A stretch of 64,000 nt of DNA, from assembly GCA_016935565.1 (NCBI GenBank), contig JAFGQS010000018.1, positions 341 through 64,340 of the forward strand. The letters run 5' to 3'. The DNA is from Deltaproteobacteria bacterium (GTDB taxonomy: Bacteria > Desulfobacterota > Syntrophia > Syntrophales > UBA6807). The position numbers and the translations under genes were made by a program. Every line of letters begins with the position of its first letter. Position 1 is the first letter of the stretch. Under the pieces are notes generated by a model, which did no database searches, was not told the DNA's origin, and was given only the letters and a program-made list of their open reading frames with translations. Shown piece by piece: positions 41,507-51,506 of this stretch.

Positions 41507-42675
41507 AAAATATCGCCATTCTCGGATCAACAGGTTCAATTGGCGTCAGTTCCCTCGACGTAATTGTGAAAAACCCAACCAGATATAAGGTTCTCGCTTT
41601 ATCAGCCGGTAAAAATCTGAAACTTCTGAAGGAACAAATCGACCGCTTCAATCCGGAAATTGTGTCTGTACTGAATCAGGACTATGCCGATCAGTTGATT
41701 GATATGTTGAAGCATTCACCGTCAGCAACGAAGGTTGTCTGGGGGGAAGAGGGATACCGGGAAGTTGCTTCTCTCAATGGAGTGCACATGGTTATCTCAG
41801 CAATTGTGGGGGCTGCAGGATTGCTTCCTACTATCGAGGCAATTGATGCCGGAAAAGATATAGCCCTTGCAAATAAGGAAACCATGGTAATGGCGGGAAG
41901 ACTGGTTGTGGAAAAGGCGAAAACAAAAGGCATCGATATACTTCCTGTCGACAGCGAGCATGGCGCCATATTCCAGTGTCTTGTAGGGCACAACAGGAAA
42001 GATATCAAGAAGATAATTCTCACAGCCTCGGGAGGGCCCTTCTTTAAAATGTCCCAGGAAGAGATGAAAAATGTTACGCTCGACGATGCTTTAAAACATC
42101 CAAACTGGGATATGGGTACCAAAATAACAATAGACTCTGCTTCAATGATGAATAAGGGCCTCGAGGTTATAGAAGCAAAATGGCTTTTTGATGTAGATGT
42201 TGATAAAATAGATGTTCTCATTCATCCTCAGAGTATCATTCATTCGATGGTTGAATATAATGACGGGTCTGTTATAGCACAATTGGGTGTTCCGGATATG
42301 AGAGGTCCCATCGCCTATGCCCTTTCATATCCTGACAGACTGAGCGATGTTATATCTCCACTCGATCTGTGTAAGATTGGAACATTAGAATTCTATCCCC
42401 CCGATTTTGATAAGTTTAGAAATCTAAAGCTTGCCTATCGTGCCGCACGGGCGGGCGGGACGATGCCGGCCGTTTTAAATGCGGCTAACGAGATTGCCGT
42501 TGAAGAATTTATTAAAGGAAGAATCGGCTTTATCGACCTGCCTCGCATTGTGGAAGAAACGATTGATGCTCATGTACCAACAGAGCCGAAATCAGTTAAA
42601 GCTGTTCTCGATGCCGATCGGTGGGGCAGGATAAAGGCTGCTGAAATAACGGAAAGGATAACCATAAATCATTGA
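41503..42675 (+). CDS. dxr: 1-deoxy-D-xylulose 5-phosphate reductoisomerase
   Basis: ILGSTGSIG, LANKE, PVDSEH, NKGLEVIEA. Start overlaps the cdsA stop. Confidence 0.96.
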   Translation: MKNIAILGSTGSIGVSSLDVIVKNPTRYKVLALSAGKNLKLLKEQIDRFNPEIVSVLNQDYADQLIDMLKHSPSATKVVWGEEGYREVASLNGVHMVISAIVGAAGLLPTIEAIDAGKDIALANKETMVMAGRLVVEKAKTKGIDILPVDSEHGAIFQCLVGHNRKDIKKIILTASGGPFFKMSQEEMKNVTLDDALKHPNWDMGTKITIDSASMMNKGLEVIEAKWLFDVDVDKIDVLIHPQSIIHSMVEYNDGSVIAQLGVPDMRGPIAYALSYPDRLSDVISPLDLCKIGTLEFYPPDFDKFRNLKLAYRAARAGGTMPAVLNAANEIAVEEFIKGRIGFIDLPRIVEETIDAHVPTEPKSVKAVLDADRWGRIKAAEITERITINH

Positions 42676-43745
42676 TTGCAACGCATGTTATATCCGTCAT
42701 AATTTTACTTGGAATACTGATATTCGTCCATGAACTTGGCCATTTCCTCGTAGCCAAATTCTCCGGAGTCGGTGTATTGAAATTTTCTCTCGGGTTCGGT
42801 CCGAAACTGATCGGCAGGAAATTCGGTGAAACGGAGTATCTCATTTCTATCATACCGCTTGGTGGTTATGTAAAGCTCCTTGGAGAGACAGAAGAAGATG
42901 AACTGTCAACGGAGGATGAAAAGAGGTCTTTTCAAAGACAATCCGTTCTGAAACGAATAGGGATTGTTTCCGCCGGACCGGTATTCAACTTTCTTTTTGC
43001 CGTCCTGGCCTTTTCCATGATTTATACTTTCGGTGTTCCCGTCCATACGGCGCGAATCGGTGGGGTACAAGAGTCCTCTGTTGCAGCCAATGCGGGTATA
43101 CAAAAAGATGATAGTATCGTTGCGATAGACGGAAAAAAGATATCCCGATGGTCAGAACTGGCTAACATTATCAGTGATAGTAATGGCAAGCAACTGACAA
43201 TTACGATTGACAGAAATGGTGAGATATTTGACTTAAATGTCGTTCCCGGCTTCGTTAAAGGAGAAAATATCTTTGGTGAAGAAACGAAAACATTCCGGAT
43301 AGGAATTACCATATCTGATGAAACAATCGTGGAAAAATTAAATCCTTTTCGGGCTGTTATAATGGGGATTGGACAGACGTGGTGGTGGACTAAACTCACC
43401 TGTTTAAGCATCATTAAAATAATTCAGGGAGTTGTGTCTCCCAAGGAACTGGGAGGCCCCATATTAATTGCAAAGATGTCAGGGGATTTTGCACAACAGG
43501 GATTTGTCCCGTTTATTTTTTTCATGGCCATATTGAGCGTTAATCTCGGTGTGCTTAATCTCTTACCCATCCCTGTTCTTGACGGCGGTCATCTTCTCTT
43601 TTATATTATTGAACTGCTAACCGGGAAAGAGGTCAACATGAGATGGAGAGAGGTGGCACAACAGGTGGGGTTTTTTATCCTTATCCTGTTGATGATATTT
43701 GTGTTCTGGAACGATATTACCCGGATATGGGGTGATTTTAAATGA
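42672..43745 (+). CDS. rseP: RIP (site-2) zinc metalloprotease
   Basis: HELGHF in TM1, a PDZ-like middle region, and NLLPIPVLDGGH. TTG start overlaps the dxr stop. Confidence 0.92.
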   Translation: MIATHVISVIILLGILIFVHELGHFLVAKFSGVGVLKFSLGFGPKLIGRKFGETEYLISIIPLGGYVKLLGETEEDELSTEDEKRSFQRQSVLKRIGIVSAGPVFNFLFAVLAFSMIYTFGVPVHTARIGGVQESSVAANAGIQKDDSIVAIDGKKISRWSELANIISDSNGKQLTITIDRNGEIFDLNVVPGFVKGENIFGEETKTFRIGITISDETIVEKLNPFRAVIMGIGQTWWWTKLTCLSIIKIIQGVVSPKELGGPILIAKMSGDFAQQGFVPFIFFMAILSVNLGVLNLLPIPVLDGGHLLFYIIELLTGKEVNMRWREVAQQVGFFILILLMIFVFWNDITRIWGDFK

Positions 43746-44434
43746 TAACACTGGCAGTTGATACAGCAACAAAGACGGCAAGTGTTGCTTTGTTAGAGGG
43801 GACAACCATCCTGGGGGAAAGTTTTCTCAATATCGGGAAAAACCATGGTGAAACGCTTCTGCCGGAAATTATGGCTTTACTGACGAGGAACAGCATAACC
43901 ATTGACGAAATAGACCTCTTTGCCGTTACCTTAGGTCCCGGTTCTTTCACCGGTCTTCGAATAGGGGCAAGTACGGTAAAAGGACTTGCCTTTACTGTTG
44001 GTAAACCGGTTGAAGGAATCTGCACGCTTGATGCTCTTACCCTCAATGTGTCTGATATATCGATGATGATATGTCCCATGCTGGATGCACGAAAAAAGGA
44101 AGTATATACGGCTTTGTATAAACCGGGTGATGATTACTTTCCCGAAAAAATAGTTGGTGAAACCGTTTCAGGTCCCGAGCACTTTGTGAAAAATATCAGC
44201 GAGAATGTTATGTTTTTAGGTGATGGCGCACTCCTTTATAAGGATGTTATAGGGGAAATATTGCCGGACAAATCATACTTTGCTTCAGATCACCTCAATC
44301 ATATCAGAGCTTCTTCGGTGGGGCTTATTGGATTGAAAAAGTTCTATGATGGTGATAACCTGAATTTACTCACCTTTACTCCTCAGTATCTTCGGGTTTC
44401 GGAGGCAGAAGCCAAGCGCCTTTCAAAGAAGTAA
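43742..44434 (+). CDS. tsaB: tRNA t6A biosynthesis protein TsaB (YeaZ)
   Basis: LAVDTATKTASVALLEG .. AVTLGPGSFTGLRIG. 230 aa. ATGA overlap with rseP. Confidence 0.85.
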   Translation: MITLAVDTATKTASVALLEGTTILGESFLNIGKNHGETLLPEIMALLTRNSITIDEIDLFAVTLGPGSFTGLRIGASTVKGLAFTVGKPVEGICTLDALTLNVSDISMMICPMLDARKKEVYTALYKPGDDYFPEKIVGETVSGPEHFVKNISENVMFLGDGALLYKDVIGEILPDKSYFASDHLNHIRASSVGLIGLKKFYDGDNLNLLTFTPQYLRVSEAEAKRLSKK

Positions 44435-44555
44435 AATAGTACTGTTCAAGAATGAATGAAGAACGTATAATAACACGTTATTAAAAAGAATGGATACAAT
44501 CCTCATTCGATGTCATACGAAGACCTGAGACGTATGTTTTGGAAAGGGGGAATGA

Positions 44556-44780
44556 ATGGAAAGAAGTGAAGAAAACTTGATAGCCAAACATATTAATCAC
44601 GATGATGAATTGCGTAAATATGTTAAAGAACACAGACAGTATGAGGAAACAATCGAGAAATTTAATCAGAGGGTCTATCTTACTCCGCAAGAGGAAGTGG
44701 AGAAGAAAAAATTACAAAAGATGAAACTTCACGGTAAAGAGAAGATATATACACTACTGTCAAAATATCGTGATGAATAA
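44556..44780 (+). CDS. DUF465 (YdcH-like) small coiled-coil protein
   Basis: 74 aa. HDDELRKYVKEH..LKKMKLHGKEKIY pattern typical of DUF465. GGGGGA RBS. Confidence 0.6.
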   Translation: MERSEENLIAKHINHDDELRKYVKEHRQYEETIEKFNQRVYLTPQEEVEKKKLQKMKLHGKEKIYTLLSKYRDE

Positions 44781-44815
44781 AACAGGTAAAAAAATTCTTT
44801 CGCAGGATTGAGTGT

Positions 44816-45460
44816 ATGAAAAAAAGAAATAGCCCAATTATATTCGAGGGTTTCGTTTTTATTCTACCATTATTGGTTCTGACAGTCGTCTTCGCCTCTG
44901 TTGGGATCAAATCGTTGGCGTTGCTCTTTTTTATTTTGACACTCTTTGTAACCAATTTTTTCCGTAATCCCGAGAGGGTGATTCCAACCGATACGAATGC
45001 AGTGGTATCTCCTGCCGATGGCAAAGTGTTGAAAATTGAAGAAGTGGAGGAAAATGGTCTTATTGCGGGTAAATTTAAGAAGATCAGCATATTCATGAAT
45101 ATCTTCAATGTACATGTAAACAGGGTACCCTATACGGGCACAGTAAAAACAATCCGCTACCAAGAGGGAAAATTCTTCAATGCGAGTCTTGATAAGGCTT
45201 CTTCACTCAATGAAAGGAATTCGGTTCTTGTTCAGACAGACGATGGGAGAGAAATTCTCACGATACAGATAGCAGGGCTCGTAGCGAGAAGAATCGTTTG
45301 CTGGGTAAAAGAGGGAATGAATATTGAGCGGGGAGAACGATTTGGTCTTATTCGATTCGGTTCTCGCCTGGAAGTATTCATGCCGGTGGACTCAGAAGTT
45401 TTGGTAAGGGTCGGAGACAAGGTTCGAGCAGGCGAAACAAAAATAGGGAGTTTGCAATGA
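44816..45460 (+). CDS. psd: phosphatidylserine decarboxylase (short form)
   Basis: 214 aa. N-terminal TM helices. Self-cleavage motif GLIRFGSRLEVF. Confidence 0.87.
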   Translation: MKKRNSPIIFEGFVFILPLLVLTVVFASVGIKSLALLFFILTLFVTNFFRNPERVIPTDTNAVVSPADGKVLKIEEVEENGLIAGKFKKISIFMNIFNVHVNRVPYTGTVKTIRYQEGKFFNASLDKASSLNERNSVLVQTDDGREILTIQIAGLVARRIVCWVKEGMNIERGERFGLIRFGSRLEVFMPVDSEVLVRVGDKVRAGETKIGSLQ

Positions 45461-46221
45461 AAAAGAAAACAGGACTCACTCACGATGGTATGAAAAAAGG
45501 AATTTATGTTCTTCCCAATCTGTTTACGACGGCGAGTTTATTTTGCGGGTTTTATGCCATTATTGCATCAATGAGAGGTGATTATTTTCCTGCAGCCGTC
45601 TCAATCCTCATTGCAGGTATATTGGACGGTCTTGATGGAAGAATTGCCAGATTTACCAATACGACGAGTAAGTTCGGCAGTGAATATGATTCTCTGTCGG
45701 ATTTGGTTGCCTTTGGTGTTGCTCCGGCAATTCTTGCGTATACCTGGGCGCTTTCACCCTTCGGGAGATATGGGTGGCTTGCGGCATTTCTTTTTGTTGC
45801 GTGTGGCGCGCTGAGGTTGGCACGATTTAATATACAGATTGGAATTATAGAAAGCAAAGTTTTCAATGGTCTTCCCATACCGGCTGCTGCCTACGTCGTG
45901 GCAGGTTCGATTTTGTTTTTCTATTATTTAGGCGGAGAAGGGCACTTTTATAATATTTCGATACTATTGAGCATGATTGCCCTGGCACTCTTAATGGTGA
46001 GCAATGTAAAATATTACAGTTTCAAAGATCTCGACTATTTTTCTCGAAAACCTTTTATTACACTGGTATTGATCTTGCTGATATTTGTTGTCATCGTTAT
46101 GGAACCACAGCTGATGATCTTCACGTTTACCGTGAGTTATGGCTTGTCGGGTCCGGTATGGACGCTTTTCAAAATTGTAAGGAAAAAGAAAGAAGAAGGC
46201 TACGAGAGTAAAAAGATATGA
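45457..46221 (+). CDS. pssA: CDP-diacylglycerol--serine O-phosphatidyltransferase
   Basis: CDP-alcohol transferase motif DGLDGRIARFTNTTSKFGSEYDSLSD. Start overlaps the psd stop. Confidence 0.9.
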   Translation: MKKKTGLTHDGMKKGIYVLPNLFTTASLFCGFYAIIASMRGDYFPAAVSILIAGILDGLDGRIARFTNTTSKFGSEYDSLSDLVAFGVAPAILAYTWALSPFGRYGWLAAFLFVACGALRLARFNIQIGIIESKVFNGLPIPAAAYVVAGSILFFYYLGGEGHFYNISILLSMIALALLMVSNVKYYSFKDLDYFSRKPFITLVLILLIFVVIVMEPQLMIFTFTVSYGLSGPVWTLFKIVRKKKEEGYESKKI

Positions 46222-46244
46222 CGTGGTAAGGAGTAAGTAACAGA

Positions 46245-47264
46245 ATGAGAACATACAGTGTCGCTGTTGTTGGTGCTACCGGTGCCGTTGGAAATGAAAT
46301 GATCCGTATTCTTGAGGAGAGAAATTTTCCCGTTGGAGAGTTACACCTCCTTGCTTCAGAACGATCCCTGGGTAAGGAATTGACGTTTAAAAAGAAAAAT
46401 TATCCCGTCGCCGTGTTGGATGAGAACTCTTTTGAAGGAATAGAAATCGGTCTCTTTTCGGCTGGCGGCAGCATCAGCGAACGTTTTGCACCTATAGCTG
46501 CGGATGCGGGATGTGTAGTGGTGGACAATACCAGTGCATTCCGAATGGATCCCGAAATTCCGCTGGTCGTTCCTGAAGTAAACCCCGAAGCGATTGCTGA
46601 TTTCAGAAATAGGGGAATCATAGCAAATCCGAATTGTTCAACCATTCAGATGGTGGTAGCCCTCAAGCCGATTCACAGCGTTGCCCGGATTAAAAGGGTT
46701 GTGGTGTCAACCTATCAAGCAGTGTCGGGAACGGGAAAAAAAGCAATTGAAGAACTTGCCCAACAGACACGGGCACTGTTAAATTTTGAGGAGCCGGAGA
46801 TTAAGGTTTACCCACATCGTATCGCATTTAACTGTCTACCTCATATCGATGTTTTCCTGGAAAATGGTTACACGAAAGAAGAGATGAAGATGGTTAATGA
46901 AACGAGAAAGATTCTGGATGATCCTTCAATAGCCGTAACAGCAACCACGGTGAGGGTTCCTGTTTTTTACAGTCATTCGGAATCTGTTAATATTGAAACA
47001 GAGCGAAAGATTACGGCTGATGAAGTGCGGAAAATTCTTGCTGAAGCTCCGGGCGTAACAGTTGTTGACGACCCGGCGAAATGTGAATATCCTCTTGCCA
47101 TAGACGGTGCCGGCAGAGATGAAACATTCGTAGGGAGAATCAGAGAAGATGAATCGATAGCGAACGGCATCAATATGTGGATTGTGTCCGATAACATCAG
47201 GAAAGGCGCCGCTCTCAATACAATACAGATAGCAGAGATTCTTGTCAGGGACTATATCCAGTAA
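46245..47264 (+). CDS. asd: aspartate-semialdehyde dehydrogenase
   Basis: VVGATGAVG, and IANPNCSTIQM with the active-site Cys. 339 aa. Confidence 0.95.
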   Translation: MRTYSVAVVGATGAVGNEMIRILEERNFPVGELHLLASERSLGKELTFKKKNYPVAVLDENSFEGIEIGLFSAGGSISERFAPIAADAGCVVVDNTSAFRMDPEIPLVVPEVNPEAIADFRNRGIIANPNCSTIQMVVALKPIHSVARIKRVVVSTYQAVSGTGKKAIEELAQQTRALLNFEEPEIKVYPHRIAFNCLPHIDVFLENGYTKEEMKMVNETRKILDDPSIAVTATTVRVPVFYSHSESVNIETERKITADEVRKILAEAPGVTVVDDPAKCEYPLAIDGAGRDETFVGRIREDESIANGINMWIVSDNIRKGAALNTIQIAEILVRDYIQ

Positions 47265-47268
47265 GAGA

Positions 47269-47817
47269 ATGAAAGTCTTAGGGGGTCGGGCAAAGGGGAA
47301 GAGAATTTATGTACCCAAAGGGGCTGTCATAAGAGCTACTACCGACAGGACCAAGGAGTCGCTCTTTAATATTCTTCAATCGGTTGAAGGAAGATCGTTT
47401 CTCGATCTTTTTGCGGGGACAGGTAGTGTCGGAATAGAGGCCTTGAGTAGGGGAGTCTCACATTGCGTGTTCGTTGAAAAAGATCCCTACCTGATTAAAG
47501 CGATCAAAAAAAATCTGCAGCATTGTGGCTTTGTCGATCAGTTTGATATCATCCCATATCATGTCGAGGAGGGGATTCAACGTCTGGCAAAAAGAAAAGA
47601 ATCCTTCGATATTATATTTGCAGATCCTCCATATATAAAAGGTTTGGTTCAAAAAACGATTAATCTTCTCATGAAATATTCAATACTGTCTACCCCCGGT
47701 ATTGTTGTCATAGAGCATTCACCGAGGGAAACGTTTCGTGAGGCTGACAACAAAATCGTCCTGAGTGATCAGAGAAGATACGGAGATTCAATGCTCTCCT
47801 TTTTTGAAATCAAATAG
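47269..47817 (+). CDS. rsmD: 16S rRNA (guanine966-N2)-methyltransferase
   Basis: ATG 47269 is 5 nt after the asd stop. Motifs RATTDRTKESLFNIL, LDLFAGTGSVGIEALSRG, FADPPY. Confidence 0.85.
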   Translation: MKVLGGRAKGKRIYVPKGAVIRATTDRTKESLFNILQSVEGRSFLDLFAGTGSVGIEALSRGVSHCVFVEKDPYLIKAIKKNLQHCGFVDQFDIIPYHVEEGIQRLAKRKESFDIIFADPPYIKGLVQKTINLLMKYSILSTPGIVVIEHSPRETFREADNKIVLSDQRRYGDSMLSFFEIK

Positions 47818-47838
47818 AAACGGTATAGAGAGGTTACC

Positions 47839-48336
47839 ATGGAGAAAATAGCAGTATACCCCGGTTCATTCGATCCCATCACGAACGGTCATATTGATAT
47901 TATCAACAGAGGATTGCGCTGCTTCGATAAACTCGTCATTCTTGTCGGATATAATCCGGTTAAAACCTTTCTGTTCTCGGTGGAAGAAAGGATCTCCATG
48001 ATTAAAGACTTGATCGGAGACAATCCAAGGGTCGAAGTAGACAGCTATGAAGGGCTCATTGTCGATTATGTGGAGAAAATTGGTGCAAGTGTGATTCTGC
48101 GCGGATTAAGGGCCTTGTCTGATTTTGAATATGAATTTCAGATGGCCCTGATTAATAGAAGACTGGATAGAAATATAGAAACGGTATTTTTGATGACGGG
48201 ATCCAGGTGGTTCTACACGAATTCAAGTATCATAAAAGAAGCTGCCAGCATGGGTGGCACCGTTCGGGGACTGGTTCCTGACTCTGTGTTTCAAAAACTG
48301 AAAGAAAAATACCCGAAGTTGAAAAACAACGGTTGA
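47839..48336 (+). CDS. coaD: phosphopantetheine adenylyltransferase
   Basis: AVYPGSFDPITNGHIDII. 165 aa. Confidence 0.95.
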   Translation: MEKIAVYPGSFDPITNGHIDIINRGLRCFDKLVILVGYNPVKTFLFSVEERISMIKDLIGDNPRVEVDSYEGLIVDYVEKIGASVILRGLRALSDFEYEFQMALINRRLDRNIETVFLMTGSRWFYTNSSIIKEAASMGGTVRGLVPDSVFQKLKEKYPKLKNNG

Positions 48337-48415
48337 CAACAATAAATATTAAACTGCCGGCTGCGAAAAACATTAAAATTCTTTTTATAAAAAAATTAAA
48401 GGATAGGTTCGAAAC

Positions 48416-49612
48416 GTGAAACTTGCTGAAAGAGTAAACAGAATAAAAGCATCACCGACTCTTGCCATAACTGAGAAAGCAAATGCCCTGAAGAAGGAGG
48501 GAAGGGATATCATAGGTTTTGGTGCGGGAGAACCGGATTTTGACACTCCCGTGAACATAAAAAATGCGGGGATCAAGGCAATTGAAGATGGTTTTACAAA
48601 ATATACTCCGGTCGGAGGGACAGATGAACTGAAGGATGCGATTATCGATAAATTGAAGATGGACAATCAACTAACCTACAGCAGATCACAGGTTGTCGTT
48701 TCATGTGGAGCAAAGCATACACTCTATAATCTTTCACAGGCACTCTTCGAAAAAGGAGACGAGGTCATTATACCCTCACCGTATTGGGTATCATATCCGG
48801 CATTTGTTCTCCTTGCAGATGCAACCCCCGTTATTCTTGAAACAAAAGAACAGGATGGTTTCAAAGTCAGGCCGGACCAGCTTGAGGGAGTTATTACGAA
48901 GAATACCAAAGCGATTATCTTAAACAGTCCTTCAAACCCCACCGGTGCTGTCTATGCTTTTGAGGAACTTAAGGCTCTGGCTGATATTATCGCAGGTTCA
49001 AATATATTAGCAATTTCCGATGACATTTATGAGAAAATTATCTTTGACGGGGTTCCCTTTTTCAATATTGCTAACATGAGAGAAAATTTAAAAGATCTCA
49101 CGGTTGTCGTGAATGGTGTTTCAAAGACATATGCTATGACGGGATGGAGAATAGGATATGCGGCAGGACCTGAGGATATTATAGCAGCGGTATCGAAGAT
49201 TCAGAGTCAGAACACATCAAACCCAACATCCATTTCACAGAAAGCTACTATTGAAGCGCTGAGGGGAAACCAGGATGACCCGAGAAAGATGGTGGAAGAA
49301 TATAGAGAAAGAAGAAATTGTATCGTTGAAATGTTGAACACAATCGAAGGAATAACATGCGTAAAACCACAGGGAACCTTTTATGCCTTTCCCAATGTGT
49401 CCAAGTTATACGGAGTTTCTTATAATGGAGGCACGATATCCAATTCGGTCGATTTCGCGGAATATCTTCTTGATGAAGCAAATGTAGCTGTTGTGCCGGG
49501 CTCCGCCTTTGGCAGTGACGACCACATTCGTCTTTCCTACGCCACATCTATGGAAAACATCCGAAAAGGAATAGAACGGATCAAGACAGCCATCGATAAC
49601 CTGAAGCGTTAA
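48416..49612 (+). CDS. aspartate/aromatic-type PLP-dependent aminotransferase (class I)
   Basis: GTG start. Motifs GAGEPDFDTP, NSPSNPTG, and the PLP-lysine motif SKTYAMTGWRIGY. Confidence 0.9.
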   Translation: MKLAERVNRIKASPTLAITEKANALKKEGRDIIGFGAGEPDFDTPVNIKNAGIKAIEDGFTKYTPVGGTDELKDAIIDKLKMDNQLTYSRSQVVVSCGAKHTLYNLSQALFEKGDEVIIPSPYWVSYPAFVLLADATPVILETKEQDGFKVRPDQLEGVITKNTKAIILNSPSNPTGAVYAFEELKALADIIAGSNILAISDDIYEKIIFDGVPFFNIANMRENLKDLTVVVNGVSKTYAMTGWRIGYAAGPEDIIAAVSKIQSQNTSNPTSISQKATIEALRGNQDDPRKMVEEYRERRNCIVEMLNTIEGITCVKPQGTFYAFPNVSKLYGVSYNGGTISNSVDFAEYLLDEANVAVVPGSAFGSDDHIRLSYATSMENIRKGIERIKTAIDNLKR

Positions 49613-49689
49613 CGATAGTCAGTGACATACGCTTATCGTGAACCGTTGTTCGTTTTTCGATTCATGACCCACAAAGAGGAGAACTAACC

Positions 49690-49875
49690 ATGGCATTCGG
49701 AATTTTACTGATCTTTGCAGGTGTTCTTATAGCAATTTATCCACCGCTGCTGTCGATTATCGTGGCCTCCGTTCTTATACTTTTCGGTGTTACGATAACG
49801 ATGATGGGATACCGTATAAAAAAAATGCAGAAGAGATTTGACGATCCCTTTGTTGATTTCTTCTTCCGGTTCTAA
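49690..49875 (+). CDS. small two-TM membrane protein (DUF3096-like)
   Basis: 61 aa. GAGGAG RBS. Two hydrophobic helices. Family assignment tentative. Confidence 0.5.
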   Translation: MAFGILLIFAGVLIAIYPPLLSIIVASVLILFGVTITMMGYRIKKMQKRFDDPFVDFFFRF

Positions 49876-49882
49876 CAAAAAA

Positions 49883-49911
49883 GCTATCAGCTGTCAGCCA
49901 TCAGCATTCGG
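49883..49911. repeat. heptamer array (GCTA) TCAGCTG TCAGCCA TCAGCAT TCGG
   Basis: Read directly, starting 8 nt after the stop at 49873-49875. Confidence 0.7.
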
Positions 49912-49943
49912 AAATAATAAAGTCTGTTGGCACCACTTCATTC

Positions 49944-49978
49944 CGACTCCTGACTTCTGAAACTGTGATTGACAGAAG
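49944..49978. repeat. inverse-type heptamer array CGACTCC TGACTTC TGAAACT GTGATTG ACAGAAG
   Basis: Contains CTGACTTCTGA, which equals the reverse complement of part of array 35105-35132. Can pair imperfectly with 49901-49911. Confidence 0.55.
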
Positions 49979-50032
49979 CAGACATTCTTTGATGCATGAT
50001 GATATTGAGGGGATATTAAAGCGATTAGTGAA

Positions 50033-50743
50033 TTAAATTGACTCTCCCAGGTAGGCCTTTTTTACCCGCTCATCGTTAAGCAGATCTTCGCCGGTTCCTT
50101 CGAGAACGATTTTCCCGGTTTCCATTACATAGCCATAGTGTGCTATCTGCAATGCTGCCATAGCATTCTGTTCAATAAGGAGAATAGTGGTTCCTTCTTT
50201 GTGAATCGCCCTGATGACTCTGAATACTTCTTTGATAAGCAGTGGTGCGAGGCCGAGAGACGGTTCATCTAACATGAGTAGCTTGGGCCGGGACATGAGT
50301 GCACGACCGACTGCCAGCATCTGTTGTTCCCCTCCCGAAAGTGTTGCAGCTTGTTGTTTCTCTCGTTCTTTGAGGCGGGGGAATATATTAAAGACTGAAT
50401 CAAGGTCTTTCTTGATTTCATCATGGTTCGTTCTGTTGAATGCACCCATCATGAGGTTTTCATAGACACTGAGATTGACGAAGACCTTTCTCCCCTCGGG
50501 GGCCATTGCGATTCCTTCCTGGACTACTTTGAAACTCAGCATTTCTGTGAGTTCACGATCGAAAAATTTTATTGAACCGCTCGTTGCCGGTACCAGACTG
50601 CAAATTGTTCTGAGAAGCGTGCTCTTGCCGGCCCCGTTGGCACCGACGAGGGTGATTATTTTTCCTTCCGGAACTTCTAATGACACCCCCCTCAAGGCAT
50701 GGATGCCTCCGTAATGGACGTTAAGATCTTTGATGGTTAACAA
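50033..50743 (-). CDS. livF: branched-chain amino acid ABC transporter ATP-binding protein
   Basis: Walker A GANGAGKST, signature LSGGEQQ, Walker B LLMLDEPS. Confidence 0.92.
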   Translation of the reverse strand: MLTIKDLNVHYGGIHALRGVSLEVPEGKIITLVGANGAGKSTLLRTICSLVPATSGSIKFFDRELTEMLSFKVVQEGIAMAPEGRKVFVNLSVYENLMMGAFNRTNHDEIKKDLDSVFNIFPRLKEREKQQAATLSGGEQQMLAVGRALMSRPKLLMLDEPSLGLAPLLIKEVFRVIRAIHKEGTTILLIEQNAMAALQIAHYGYVMETGKIVLEGTGEDLLNDERVKKAYLGESI

Positions 50744-50744
50744 T

Positions 50745-51506
50745 TTATGCTTCTCCCAGGTATGCCTTTATAACTCGTTCGTTGTTCTGGATTTCTTCCG
50801 GTGTGCCTTCGGCGATTGTTGTCCCATAGTCCAGAACCTTCATTCGCTCGCAGATCTGCATGACGAATTTCATGTCGTGTTCAATCAGGAAAATTGTCAG
50901 ATTGTGGTTGTCACGCAGGCGCAAGATGAGCTGGAGTAACTCCTGGGTTTCATTTGGATTCATCCCTGCTGCCGGTTCGTCGAGGAGTAACAATTGCGGT
51001 CCTGTTGCCAGGGCGCGAGCAATTTCGAGCCTTCTCTGCTTTCCGTAAGGAAGTGAACCTGATGGTTCCAGCGCCAGATCATCGAGGCCGACCTCCCGTA
51101 AATATTCCATAGCCCCTTCATACATCATCTTTTCTTCTCTCCGGTAGAGGGGCAATCGTAATACGGCTCCAATGAAAGTAGAATGTATTCTGCAGTGGTA
51201 GGCGATCATAACATTTTCAACAACCGATAATTCAGTGAAAAGGCGAATATTCTGGAATGTTCTGGCAATACCGAGCTTGGTAATTTCATTCGCTTTTTTC
51301 CCACCGATTATATTTTCTTGAAAGACGATTGCTCCTTCCGTCGGCGGATAATACCCTGCGATCATATTAAAGACAGTCGTTTTTCCGGCACCGTTCGGGC
51401 CGATAAGACCCACGATTTCACCTTTTTCGAGGGTGATATTGAAATCATTGACAGCTACGAGACCGCCAAATTTCATTGTAAGATTTTTCGTCGTGAAAAA
51501 ATCCAT
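50745..51506 (-). CDS. livG: branched-chain amino acid ABC transporter ATP-binding protein
   Basis: Walker A GPNGAGKTT, LPYGKQRRLEIARAL, LLLLDEPAAG. Confidence 0.92.
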   Translation of the reverse strand: MDFFTTKNLTMKFGGLVAVNDFNITLEKGEIVGLIGPNGAGKTTVFNMIAGYYPPTEGAIVFQENIIGGKKANEITKLGIARTFQNIRLFTELSVVENVMIAYHCRIHSTFIGAVLRLPLYRREEKMMYEGAMEYLREVGLDDLALEPSGSLPYGKQRRLEIARALATGPQLLLLDEPAAGMNPNETQELLQLILRLRDNHNLTIFLIEHDMKFVMQICERMKVLDYGTTIAEGTPEEIQNNERVIKAYLGEA

